A stretch of DNA of 53,414 nt, from NCBI RefSeq assembly GCF_001194135.2, contig NC_068981.1, positions 198,755,377-198,808,790 on the forward strand, given 5' to 3'. Made by a program: the position numbers and the translations under genes. The notes below the pieces were generated by a model. That model was not told the origin of the DNA and ran no database searches. It worked only from the letters and a program-made list of their open reading frames with translations. Source of the DNA: Octopus bimaculoides (lineage: Eukaryota). Positions 38,990-50,330 of this stretch are shown in pieces. How positions within the stretch are numbered: position 1 is the stretch's first letter; each line of letters starts with the position of its first letter.

Positions 38990-39231
38990 TATGTTATATT
39001 AAAGTTGATTTGCCAATATAACGTGGCAGTCCTGCATAGGACTACGTTACTACTTTTTACCACGATATATACCATCATCATCATCGTCATTTAACGTCCT
39101 CTTTTCATGCGGGCAATGTATTTAGATATATTTGCTGTCCTGTGTACAACAGCACACTTGTAGGCAATAGTTGTAGTTTGTATTTACAAACAAAGAGGGA
39201 CAGATGAAAATAAGGAATGACGGATACATAC

Positions 39232-39351
39232 CAAAGTAAACTGCTTCAAATAATGTTTCTTTATCAAACTGCAGACAAAGGCAACGAAACCAGCAACGTA
39301 GAGAGAGAACGACAGAAAACGGTGGTAAGTGACAAAGAAACGAAGAAAGTT
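39232..39351 (-). CDS. Cds: Cds exon B, 120 nt, phase 0-0
   Basis: Acceptor cttttccag|AAC, donor TTG|gtatgt. [40 protein letters not shown] matches the YHRF.SF.LY..GF..FV.SL.KKHY segment. Not in the ORF track in this frame. Confidence 0.95.
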
Positions 39352-39684
39352 CTGGAAAAGAAATGAAAAACATCAGACATTGAGAGATTTCCATCACATA
39401 TAAAGATGTTTGTATGCATATGTATGTATGTATGTGTCTGTATGTGTTTGACTGTATATATATATATATATATANNNNNNNNNNNNNNNNNNNNNNNNNN
39501 NNNNNNNNNNNNNNNNNNNNNNNNNNNNNNNNNNNNNNNNNNNNNNNNNNNNNNNNNNNNNNNNNNNNNNNNNNNNNNNNNNNNNNNNNNNNNNNNNNNN
39601 NNNNNNNNNNNNNNNNNNNNNNNNNNNNNNNNNNNNNNNNNNNNNNNNNNNNNNNNNNNNNNNNNNNNNNNNNNNNNNNNNNNN

Positions 39685-40591
39685 AATATGCTGTACCCAA
39701 CGACTTGCAGACAGTGTATTCCGTTGAATTAATTAACTTATTTTGTAACTAAAATGACAAAAAACCACAAAATACAAGTGTTTATGACAAACCATGTTAT
39801 ATTGATAACCGGGTTACAAATAAAAGTACGTTAGGAATTCGAGAATAAACATAAACTTAATCTTACAGCTGTTTCGGCCTAGCATTGGCAGGCCCCATTC
39901 TATCCGAATAGTTCCTGCCGGAGTAATTAGCGGATGAAATGCTGAAATGGGGGTACATGCACGATTCGCTAGGCTTCTTCAGAGATTCACAAAAAATTCC
40001 ATACAAATATACAGTAAGAAATAAAAACAAAAATAAAATAAAAATAAAGGTACAGCAAGAATAAAGTAAATAAATGAAAAATGAAAATATAAAATATAAA
40101 AATATAAGGCACATAAAAAGCCTACAAACAGTACATGGGGTCATACAAATAGTTATAGACACTCCAATATCTAAGTCCGTGTGCATAACCACACTCAGAT
40201 GTTCAATGATTCAAGATCATGTATATATGTGAGTACACACGTGTGTACATATCCATCTATCCCCTCACTCATATGTATACACAGGCATTCTCCGACGTAC
40301 ACGGTCCCTGGTACCAACACTATCTGCTGTGTTTTGAAGGCTGTTTATGTTTTTAAAAAAATGTTGCTGAGTGTGTGTCAGTTCTGTATATTTCGGATGG
40401 GTCTCTGTGGAAGTTGTAAGTTTGTGTTTATTCTCGAATTCCTAACGTACTTTTATTTGTAACCCGGTTATCAATATAACATGGTTTGTCATAAACACTT
40501 GTATTTTGTGGTTTTTTGTCATTTTAGTCACAAAATAAGTTAATTAATTCAACGGAATACACTGTCTGCAAGTCGTTGGGTACAGCATATT
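39685..40591. mobile_element. Non-autonomous element with 175-bp inverted repeats enclosing the hammerhead
   Basis: 39685-39859 is the reverse complement of 40417-40591 with about 2 mismatches seen. The outer ends run towards gaps bordered by TA repeats. No convincing internal ORF. Confidence 0.85.
39859..39987 (-). ncRNA. Type I hammerhead ribozyme (Penelope/retrozyme-like) with long stem II insertion
   Basis: Minus strand AATCT-CTGAAGA-A-GCCTAGC-[84 nt]-GCTAGGC-C-GAAA-C-AGCT-GT-A/AGATT. Shows a 5-bp stem I, CUGANGA core, perfect 7-bp stem II, GAAA, 2-bp stem III with palindromic AGCU loop and a GUA cleavage triplet. Predicted cut between 39864 and 39863. One deviation: A-C at pair 10.1/11.1. 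Confidence 0.75.
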
Positions 40592-42450
40592 ATCCTCCAT
40601 TTTCTAATTGCTATATNNNNNNNNNNNNNNNNNNNNNNNNNNNNNNNNNNNNNNNNNNNNNNNNNNNNNNNNNNNNNNNNNNNNNNNNNNNNNNNNNNNN
40701 NNNNNNNNNNNNNNNNNNNNNNNNNNNNNNNNNNNNNNNNNNNNNNNNNNNNNNNNNNNNNNNNNNNNNNNNNNNNNNNNNNNNNNNNNNNNNNNNNNNN
40801 NNNNNNNNNNNNNNNNNNNNNNNNNNNNNNNNNNNNNNNNNNNNNNNNNNNNNNNNNNNNNNNNNNNNNNNNNNNNNNNNNNNNNNNNNNNNNNNNNNNN
40901 NNNNNNNNNNNNNNNNNNNNNNNNNNNNNNNNNNNNNNNNNNNNNNNNNNNNNNNNNNNNNNNNNNNNNNNNNNNNNNNNNNNNNNNNNNNNNNNNNNNN
41001 NNNNNNNNNNNNNNNNNNNNNNNNNNNNNNNNNNNNNNNNNNNNNNNNNNNNNNNNNNNNNNNNNNNNNNNNNNNNNNNNNNNNNNNNNNNNNNNNNNNN
41101 NNNNNNNNNNNNNNNNNNNNNNNNNNNNNNNNNNNNNNNNNNNNNNNNNNNNNNNNNNNNNNNNNNNNNNNNNNNNNNNNNNNNNNNNNNNNNNNNNNNN
41201 NNNNNNNNNNNNNNNNNNNNNNNNNNNNNNNNNNNNNNNNNNNNNNNNNNNNNNNNNNNNNNNNNNCATACTTACATCTACATGTGTATATATATGCATA
41301 TCAGGGTACAGGACGTTAGAACAATGAACTACATATATATATATGGGAGAATGTACAAAAAAAAAACAACAACAGGCGAGGACAGGTGGTGTAGAATGTA
41401 CGAAATATATATATATATAAATATATATTATTTATATTATTAAACAACACACATGCATTTCCAAGTAAGTTAATCTTAATAATTTTGATGCAACTCCGTC
41501 CTGTACTATTTTTTCTCTTTCTCTCTTCCTTTCTCTAATTCTTTTTTCTCCCCTTCTTCCTCTTCGCTTTGTTTTTCTCTCATCCTTTCTCTAATCCTTT
41601 TTCTCCCCTTTACCGTTTCTATCTGTCCCCCTCTGTGTAACTGTTGATGGTTTCTTTACAATTTTAAAAGATCCTATTTCCAAGGAAAGAGAAACAAATT
41701 TTGAGAAGAAAAATGAAATTCAGTGTTTTATGTTTGTTTCAGATGGGATTTATATCTTCTCACTGCACCTCATGTTCCATCATCTCCTGATAAACATTGT
41801 AACACAGAAAACCCAACAAGCTTTGATGTGTAGGTCATATTTATTGTCTTGGTCTTTATGGCTGGAAGCCCTACCAACCACCAACCACTTTAAGACATGC
41901 TTTGACAACATTCCTTGTTCCATCAACTCCACAAAGATTGCTAACAACAGAACTAAAATACCCCTCCCCCCGTATCTTGTATTAATTTCATTGTTTTTAT
42001 TCTGCTTTTGCTCCCCTCAACAGGTTGCCTGTACCACAGTTTCTGGAGTGCACTTTTATAGCATTAAATTTGAGCAGCAAAAATGGGTGGAAGGTCACTA
42101 TATGGAAGGTCATTATATGTGATTATTAAAAGAACAATTTAATTTATACAGTTATAATTTGGAGAATTAAAAGATATAGAAAGGCTACTTCCTATTAGGT
42201 AATAACAAAACAAAACTGTCCGGCTATTATTGATTATTCATATAGATAATCAATGCTATCAATAACAAGTATTGACAGACTACTTTGAATAGGAGAAAAC
42301 TAAAAATCACTGAAAACAAAAAAAAACAACAAAAAACAAAACAAAACATAGAATCAATTCTAATGTTTCCAGTCAGACTACTAACAACCCCCAACTCAAA
42401 ATCTGGATCAACAAATTAAAAAACTTTCAAACTGCTCTGATCGGGTCATC

Positions 42451-42627
42451 TTAACCTTTCAGAATTGTAATATAATACAAGTATTGATGTTGAAGTATAT
42501 GTTTGTCGCTAATCTAGATTGAACCTAGCACCTCATCTCCCACACCATATTCACTAATAATGTATGATCTGTGTATTTAATACTATTTAGAAAGACAGCA
42601 GTACTTTAGGGTGATTAAAAGGGTTAA
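42451..42627. mobile_element. piggyBac-like MITE, degenerate
   Basis: ttaacctttcagaatt ... gattaaaagggttaa. Confidence 0.4.
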
Positions 42628-43489
42628 CTTTACAACAAAACATTTAGTAAAAACTTGTGGCTAAAAAATGATTTTCTTTCTGTTTATTATGAATTAATCA
42701 GAAGACGATGAGGTAATTATGACCTTTCCAGGAAGAAAGAACAGTATGGGACATACCAGCCTCCCCCATCTCAATGCCACTGATGTTAACTGAGGGAAAG
42801 GCAAAGGGGCCGATACAACTTGGCACCAGTGATGTCGCAACTCATTTCTACAGCTGAGTGAACTGGAACAGTGTGAAATAAAGTGTCTTGCTCAAGAACA
42901 CAACATGCAGCCCGGTCCGGGAATCAAACTCACTACCTCATGATTGTGAGCCCAATGCTCTAACTACTGAGCCACGCACCTCTACACACACACATGCTGA
43001 TATCATCATCATCATCGTTTAACGTCTGTTTTCCTTGCTGGTATGGGTTGGACGGTTTGACTGAGGAGAGACAGCAGCTGCACCAGGCTCCAGTTTGGGC
43101 TGGCAATGTTTCTACAGTTGGATATCCTTTGTAATACCAAACACTTCAAGAGTGTAGTGGGAGCTTTTTATGTGCCACTGGCACAGGAGCCAGTCAGGCA
43201 GTACTGGCACCGACTGCATTCAGATAACGCCTTTTACATTGCCACCGGCACGGTGGGGCCAGTCAGGTGGTACTGGCATCGGCCAGGTATCGACCACATT
43301 TGGACAGATGTGATTTTTCAGTCTTACCAGGGACTTATACTCTTTTGTATAAAGATGCAGCCATGATAGATGGGTGCCACTTACAGCAGGTGTTACAATA
43401 TTGCTTTGGTGCACAGAATGACATTTCTGTTGGCCTCCTGATCACACTTTCTTTTCCCTGCAACTAGTAGAGATGTTAACAACTTCCCT

Positions 43490-44420
43490 GTCTCTGTCAT
43501 TTCTCTGATGACTTCTAAAGCCTGTCCTACTTAGACAGACGCACCCACATTTGTTACATATTTAATTGATTTGGATGCCAATGTACTCAGGCATATTCAC
43601 ATCAAGACCTTTACAAACATCTCTCTTGAGCTGTTCATGCTTGATATAATTTCATTTGAATTCCATCTTCCCATCATGCACTGCTTTCCTCCATCATGAA
43701 GGACCCACAGCTGGGTTTTCCTATCCATTTCCCAAGATATTGACTTTCTTCAATGAATTCTTGATGCACTCCTTCTTTGTTAATTTCATTTCTTTAGCCA
43801 TGGACTAACTCACCATACAAAAATTGCTTAGAGATGCAATCATCTTCGTAATTGGTGCTGAAATACTGGAGACTATATCGGTAGACTGTATTCAAGGACT
43901 TCAACAACATTTACATACATTTGCCATCAGAGACCAAGCATATGAGGGTGACACTGTCTATGAAATCACTCCAGTCTTTTCATACGACTCCAGCAAACAA
44001 CCCAGAACTCACATGTATAAAGTAACCAAGACAAAATGTAAGTATTGCAGACTTCTAAGTTTGTCTCAATTGAACTTCCATGCTAGGGCTATTAATGTCT
44101 ATTTCTGAATGTTTCACTGGTTTTCTTGGTTCAGGGAGAGATCTCATCATCAAGAATATTTGTCACATTTACATTACTTGTTCAAATACATGGATTCATC
44201 CACAACCAGCAACTTCTGTCCACACATGTAACAGCTTAGCTCAGAATTGGTTTCACCTGGTGCAGGTTGGTACATTAAGACTTTTTCAAGTTGATTGTCA
44301 CACCCAATGCACTGCATGCTGTCAACAAGGAGTCTATAAGATGATGTCATGTGACTTAACCATATGACATTCATAAGATTACAGCCATTTCGCAACCATC
44401 TTCATGTCATATTCATTTCA
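43490..44420 (-). mobile_element. RTE (BovB-like) LINE remnant, C-terminal part
   Basis: GVTINLK and MYQPAPGETNSELSCYMCGQKLLVVDESMYL (typical ..YQPAPG..) plus a terminal CGCVCLSRTGFRSHQRK zinc-finger-like motif. Confidence 0.7.
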
Positions 44421-45127
44421 GTATGCAAGAAATTACATGTACATGTTTTTTTCATTAATAATATATACCCAGCATTATACAATAGAATTGAATATTCACA
44501 AATTAGTGCAAATAAAGAAAGCTAGCTCTTCAGATCACCTGAACATCTTGGTTACATAAAGAGTTCAACTCTAAATATACAGACAGAAAATACTCTTTAT
44601 ATACACAATGTATGGAAGACAGGAACTGGAGAAAATTATATTGGTTTGGCCAGCAAAAGGTAAGCGTCTCAGTAAAGCCATATTGTATTGTTATTATGAT
44701 AGCAAAGAAATTTACTTCCCATATGAACATCTTCATATCAATTAAGCCAAAGTGCTAGATTGAAAGGGAGGAATTCACCATCCTGTTGCTGTAACCATGA
44801 CGTCCAAGTGATCTGATGAGGTAGCTTCCTTTATTTGCTCTGACTTATGAATATACAATCCTATTGTATAAAGCCGAGCAGAGTAATGCAAATGCACAGG
44901 CATAATTTCTGGCATTCTGAAACTAATGATATGAGAAGAAGGTTGTGAAACGGCTGTAAACCTACGGAAGTCACATGGTTAAATAGATCTGTATTCACTT
45001 CTAGGATCTTCTGTTACACGGAGACTTGGCATTGATTACTATGTGGGCTGATGGCTAAGCCTCTAAGAGGACTTTGTTGTGATAGCTGCTGCAGCATTCT
45101 CTCAATCCATATCTTTCACTTCTCATA

Positions 45128-45197
<70 letters not shown>

Positions 45198-46230
45198 CAG
45201 GGTGCGGTGAATAAACTGTCATCTATGTTATGCAAAAATGTAAATAATACTGACATCTCATTTTAGCTTATATTTACTGAAGTTACATTGTGTGCATACA
45301 TAATGTAACTTTGCTAAATANNNNNNNNNNNNNNNNNNNNNNNNNNNNNNNNNNNNNNNNNNNNNNNNNNNNNNNNNNNNNNNNNNNNNNNNNNNNNNNN
45401 NNNNNNNNNNNNNNNNNNNNNNNNNNNNNNNNNNNNNNNNNNNNNNNNNNNNNNNNNNNNNNNNNNNNNNNNNNNNNNNNNNNNNNNNNNNNNNNNNNNN
45501 NNNNNNNNNNNNNNNNNNNNNNNNNNNNNNNNNNNNNNNNNNNNNNNNNNNNNNNNNNNNNNNNNNNNNNNNNNNNNNNNNNNNNNNNNNNNNNNNNNNN
45601 NNNNNNNNNAATCACCATTGGCTTCAACCACAGCCTCCAGGTGACTTCTGAATCTGCAACTCTTCTGGATAGTCTCCCTGTTTAAGTTGGTGAATGCTGC
45701 CATAATCCTTGCCTTCAGGTCATCTTTGGTGTTACAAGGAGTTCTGTTGGTCCCTCGCTCAACTGCACCCCACACGTAATAATCAAGGGGGTTGCAGTCT
45801 GGGGAGTTAGGTGGCCAGATGCTAGGGGTGATGTGGTTGCAGAAATTATCTGACAGCCATGACTGGGTTCTCCTGCATAGGACAGAGTCCTGTTGCCAGA
45901 CATAGGGTCTTCCCGCAGCCACCCTCTTGACCCAGGGCAGCACTACCACCTCCAGGCACTTGATGTAGGCCTCTGTGTTGAGTCTGAGGCTGTGTGGGAA
46001 GATGAATGAAGACATAATGTCGCCATCACTAGTGATTAATCCAAACACTATGATGTTGGCTGGACGTTTGATTTCTATCACTCTTACTGCTCTGTCCTCA
46101 GATTGACACCCAAACACTCTGAAATGTTCGTATTGGAGCTTTCAGTGCAAATGCCAAGCAATACAGCATGCTGTTTCCAAATTTCTGGCAGAGTGAATTG
46201 CATCATGGTACTGTTTTTTTCTCATAGACA
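45198..46230 (-). mobile_element. Internally deleted Tc1/mariner-superfamily element, probably maT (DD37D)
   Basis: Catalytic half VFGLITSDGD, YVWQQDS, WPPNSPDCNPLDYYVWG and an N-terminal piece MMQFTLPEIWKQHAVLLGI..ISECLGVNLRT from 46206. A terminus TA|CAGGGTGCGGTG lies at 45196-45209; the other terminus was not recognised. Confidence 0.8.
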
Positions 46231-46481
46231 CTGTCCAAATAATCTTACTGTATAATTGACAACATCAAAAACAAACAATGTGCATGCTCAAAATTAAAAG
46301 TAGGAAATATATACACACATATGCATATGTTCATATACACATATGCACACATGCATATACACACACATGTATTCGAGCCAGCTAAAGAGTGTTTATATTT
46401 GTTATAATGACCAAGTATTTGTAATGTGATGTTCTCAACAACAGGAAACCCCGGACATTTAAAAACTGATGCCATACTTAC

Positions 46482-46658
46482 ATTTCGATTTAGCAAGACG
46501 GAAAAATATTCAATCATACTCTCGCCAAAGAAGAAGAAGTTTGATGTGAAGAGGAAATACCAGCTGAGCGTCCGGAAGAGAGGAAGGTCGTACGATTTGT
46601 AGACAACGTAACCGATGGTGATGATCTCATGGAAGCACTTGATCTGGATGGCAAACAC
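46482..46658 (-). CDS. Cds: CDP-diacylglycerol synthase, first visible exon (A), 177 nt, phase 0-0
   Basis: Acceptor cccaacag|GTG, donor AAT|gtaagt. Translates [59 protein letters not shown], matching the [28 protein letters not shown] segment of animal CDS proteins. Confidence 0.96.
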
Positions 46659-46794
46659 CTGTTGGGAAAGAAGAGAGGTCAGAAAATATCTGGTAATGCA
46701 AACACTACTACTACTACTACAGTACAAAAAGGATAATGTTTAATGCTAAACACAACATCCCTTTGATTCCAAGGATTAACCTAATAACCACAAT

Positions 46795-46827
<33 letters not shown>

Positions 46828-47434
46828 TCGTTTTATTGGCCACAAGGGCTAATATCAATTAAAAACATATACGGACAAAGACAGGATGAAGGTTACAAAA
46901 GGTTTTGTCCGAAAAGGTAGGAAAGTTCGTCTAAACAGAGGAAGAAAACGGAGAAAGATATAATAAATAAATAGATAAATAATAATAATAATCTTTTCTC
47001 CTATAGGTATAAGGCCTGACATTTTTTTTGGGGGGGTCTAGTTGATTACATTGACCCCAGTGCTCGACTGGTACTTGTTGACCTGAAAGGTCAACCTTGG
47101 TGGCATTTGACCTTAGAATATAAAGACAGACGAAATGCCAGTAAGCGTTTGTCCAGCGTGCTATCGATTCTGCCAGCTTGTGGCGACCTTTATAAGAATA
47201 CTACCAATTCTTTATAATTCTGATGCAAGGCAATAATTTTGAGAGGGGGGGAACGCTGATTACACTGACCCCCACCAGTGCTTGACAGATTCCTTATTTT
47301 ATTGATCCTGAAACAATGAAAAGCAAAGTTGACCTTGGTAAGATTTGAACTCAGAATGTAAAGTGTTGCATCCAACACTAATAATTCTGCCAACTCACCA
47401 TCTTAATAATAATAATAAAAATAATAATAATTCA

Positions 47435-48004
47435 GGCAAAAATCATGCCTCCACATTGATATGACTGTCTCAATCGAGATAAATGTATTTGTCAAGACCT
47501 ACCAAAAACTGAGCAGGTATAAAGATCTTGAAACAGAAATTGACAAAATGTGGAACCTCAAGACTAAAACAATACCTGTTGTCATAGGTGCATTAGGACT
47601 GATAGCAAAAGGGGCTGATTGCTACATAGCTCAGATACCCGGAAACCCCAAAATGGCAGAAATTCAAAAGAAAATGCTCATAGGAACTGCCCATATCCTA
47701 CGTAAAATACTTTCTATAAAAATATTTTAATCTGTAAACTGTCAAAATACGTTTAAATAACAGCAAACACCTTTTACTCTCATCTTAACATCACAGTATC
47801 ATCATACAAACAAATTACTTTTAAAAACAAACTTTTGATTTTCTTATGTTTTCTTAAACATTCTCTAGAACAATACTATGGGCAAAACCAAATATATTGC
47901 ACCTTAGGCATAACACCAATATGAATTTCTAACCTGTTTTCTCTCGAGGTCTCTGGGTAAGACTTGGAGCTAACTTGTACAAATACAAAGCAAAAGCCAA
48001 ACAT
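47435..48004 (+). mobile_element. R4/Dong-like (RLE) LINE 3' end between two (AAT)n tracts
   Basis: QKLSRYKDLETEIDKMWNLKTKTIPVVIGALGLI...EIQKKMLIGTAHILRKIL, with (AAT)n at about 47404-47430 and 48005-48028. Confidence 0.85.
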
Positions 48005-49169
48005 ATAATAATAATAATAATAATAATAAAAATGCGCTATGGAAAGCACTCTCCATCTAAAATGGAATAAATGTGATAATTTTAGCATGTATAGCAAAAC
48101 AAAAGTGCCCTTGCTACTCTTGGCCTCCAGAAGATGCCTGGTACTAAGGCAGCTGAAATAAAGTTATAATGAAAGGAAACCATTAATAATAATGCCAAAA
48201 ACTGATAAAACTCAGAGAGGAAATGCAGAATCTGTAGAAAAGAGGATGGAAGTATTAACCACCACCCATGTGAATACAGTAAGTAGTACAAAAAGGGTAC
48301 AAATGATGACATCACTGTGTCAATAAGGGAGCCCATTGTCTGTGAAAGAATGGAGAAAATATTTCCATATAAAGAAGTGAATATAGAGATAACGAATGAA
48401 AACTGAATTATTCCAAATAAAGATGGGTTTCTTTGGAAGTAAAAGACTCAGGTAAATATATATAAGCAGAAGCCTGTGACTTGTGCCTAAAAGTAACAAT
48501 GGAAATAGCACAACAATGTACGGTACTCACATATTACACCCCACAAACATACACACAAATATATACACCAGAGAGAAAATAACATTATTAAGAACTGCCC
48601 ACATTATATAGGGTATCCTCAAACACATTTACACACACAATATATATGTATCATCATTTAATGTCCAGTTCTCATGCTGTCATGTGTTGAATGGTTTGAC
48701 CAAAGCTGATAAGGCCAGGGGCCGTACCAGGCTCCATTGTCTGTTCTGGCATGGTTTCTATGACTGGATACCCTTCCTAATGCCAACCACTCCATAGAGT
48801 GCACTGGGTGCTTTTTATGTGGCACCAACAGAGAAACAACTGTCAGCCTTACTGCATGTGCAGAACCTGGGATTAATAGGTGTGGACTCTCAGAGCCTTG
48901 GTTAGCAACCCACCTAGTGATGGAGTCACAATAAAAATACTGGTGACTGCACAACCTTACAAATGCTACCTCTAAATGAGTGATGTCGAAATGAAATAAT
49001 AATCACTGGACCGGAACTGTTAATGATGAAGGTGTTGTATGTGGCAGGTAAGGGCCGCCTGATCAAGCTTGTCAAAGGTGCGAAAGGTTAAAAAATGAAA
49101 TGGAAACAAATGGTTTAACAAAACTGTAATTGAATGATGGCTGAGAAGTGAACCAAATAAAAGAGGTTT

Positions 49170-50330
49170 CATGAAACGAATGAAGAGAACATGACAGGTC
49201 TCAAATGATGTAGGCAAGGAATTTGGGATAGAAAAGTGTTGAAAATGAAATGAGAAAGATTTGAAAGAAGCCAGGGAATTGAGATGCCAAATGGGTAAAC
49301 AATGAGAGCAGATGAGAAAGGACAGTGGTATAAGTACTTGGGAATGCTGGAATCAGGAGAGATACAAACTGAAGAAATGAAACAAATTACCAGCAGAGAA
49401 TATAGAAGGAGAGAAGATGTCAACAGTCAAAGCTGAATGCTAAAATGCTATTGAAGCAATAAATACAAGAGCAGTACTCCTGATCAGGTATGGAGTTGGA
49501 ATCACAGACTGGATCAAAATCTTGGCAGAAAAAACCACAAAGCTGCTGACAATGTATGGAGCCTACCATCCGAAAGCTGATATCAACCAGGTGTACTTGA
49601 AGAGAGGCCAGGGTGGAAGAGGCTTAATAGCAGAAGAAGAATGTGTACAGGTGGAAAGAAAAAGACTAGTAGAATATTTATAGAACAGCACAGAGAAACT
49701 GCTAAAGATGGTGAATAAGGAACAGGTGATCAAGTGTGGAATATGAGAAATGTATATGGGGGGAATGTGTCAGAAAAATGTAGAATCTGTGGAAATGGGA
49801 ATAAAATAGTGGCACCAGAAGAATATAAGAAATGGAAGCATGACCAAGCTATAAAAGTTTTACACTGGAAGCTTTGCTAGAAATGAGGATTTGAAGCTGG
49901 GGGACACGTGGTGTGAACATCAGGTTGAAAAAGTGTTGGAGTCTACTAATTGATCCAATCCATCATGTCCATTTGATTCCTGGATTGTAAAGAAAGAAGA
50001 CAAAAAAAAAACAATCTGTTAAAGTTTGAAACAGGAAGAATTTGGAACATGAAAAGTGTAAAAAGGTTGTGCTAGTAATAATTGGTGCATTGGGAACTGT
50101 GAGTAAAGATATAGAGAAATGGTTGAAGCAGATTGGAATAGAATGTTCTTTAGAGTTTCAGCAGAAAGTTTACCTCTTAAGGGAGACAGCAAGGATTATC
50201 AGGAGGGTTCAAAGACTATTGTGAGTGTTGTATTGTTGAAAGAGTAAGTCAGTGGATATCTAAGGTGAGAGGTAAGTAACCTGCTACCCACATCAATCTT
50301 TCCAGGAATAAGACTGAACCGGAGTCAAAT
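49170..50330 (+). mobile_element. Degenerate, internally deleted R4/Dong-like (RLE) LINE
   Basis: YKYLGMLE, EAINTRAVLLIRYG, LLTMYGAYHPKADINQVYLKRGQGGRGL and VLVIIGALGTVSKDIEKWLKQIGI...TARIIRRV. Ends in (AAT)n. Confidence 0.85.

Noticed and set aside
36526-41327. Long ORFs of 190-450 aa in the ORF track
   Set aside because: They are open only because they run through N gaps.
48082-48336. Hydrophobic 84-aa ORF with nearby AG/GT sites, considered as the missing upstream Cds exon
   Set aside because: It lacks the expected RWKNW..RG...IIY.GP-type sequence. No such exon was found in 46659-53414, so it is probably outside the window or in a gap.
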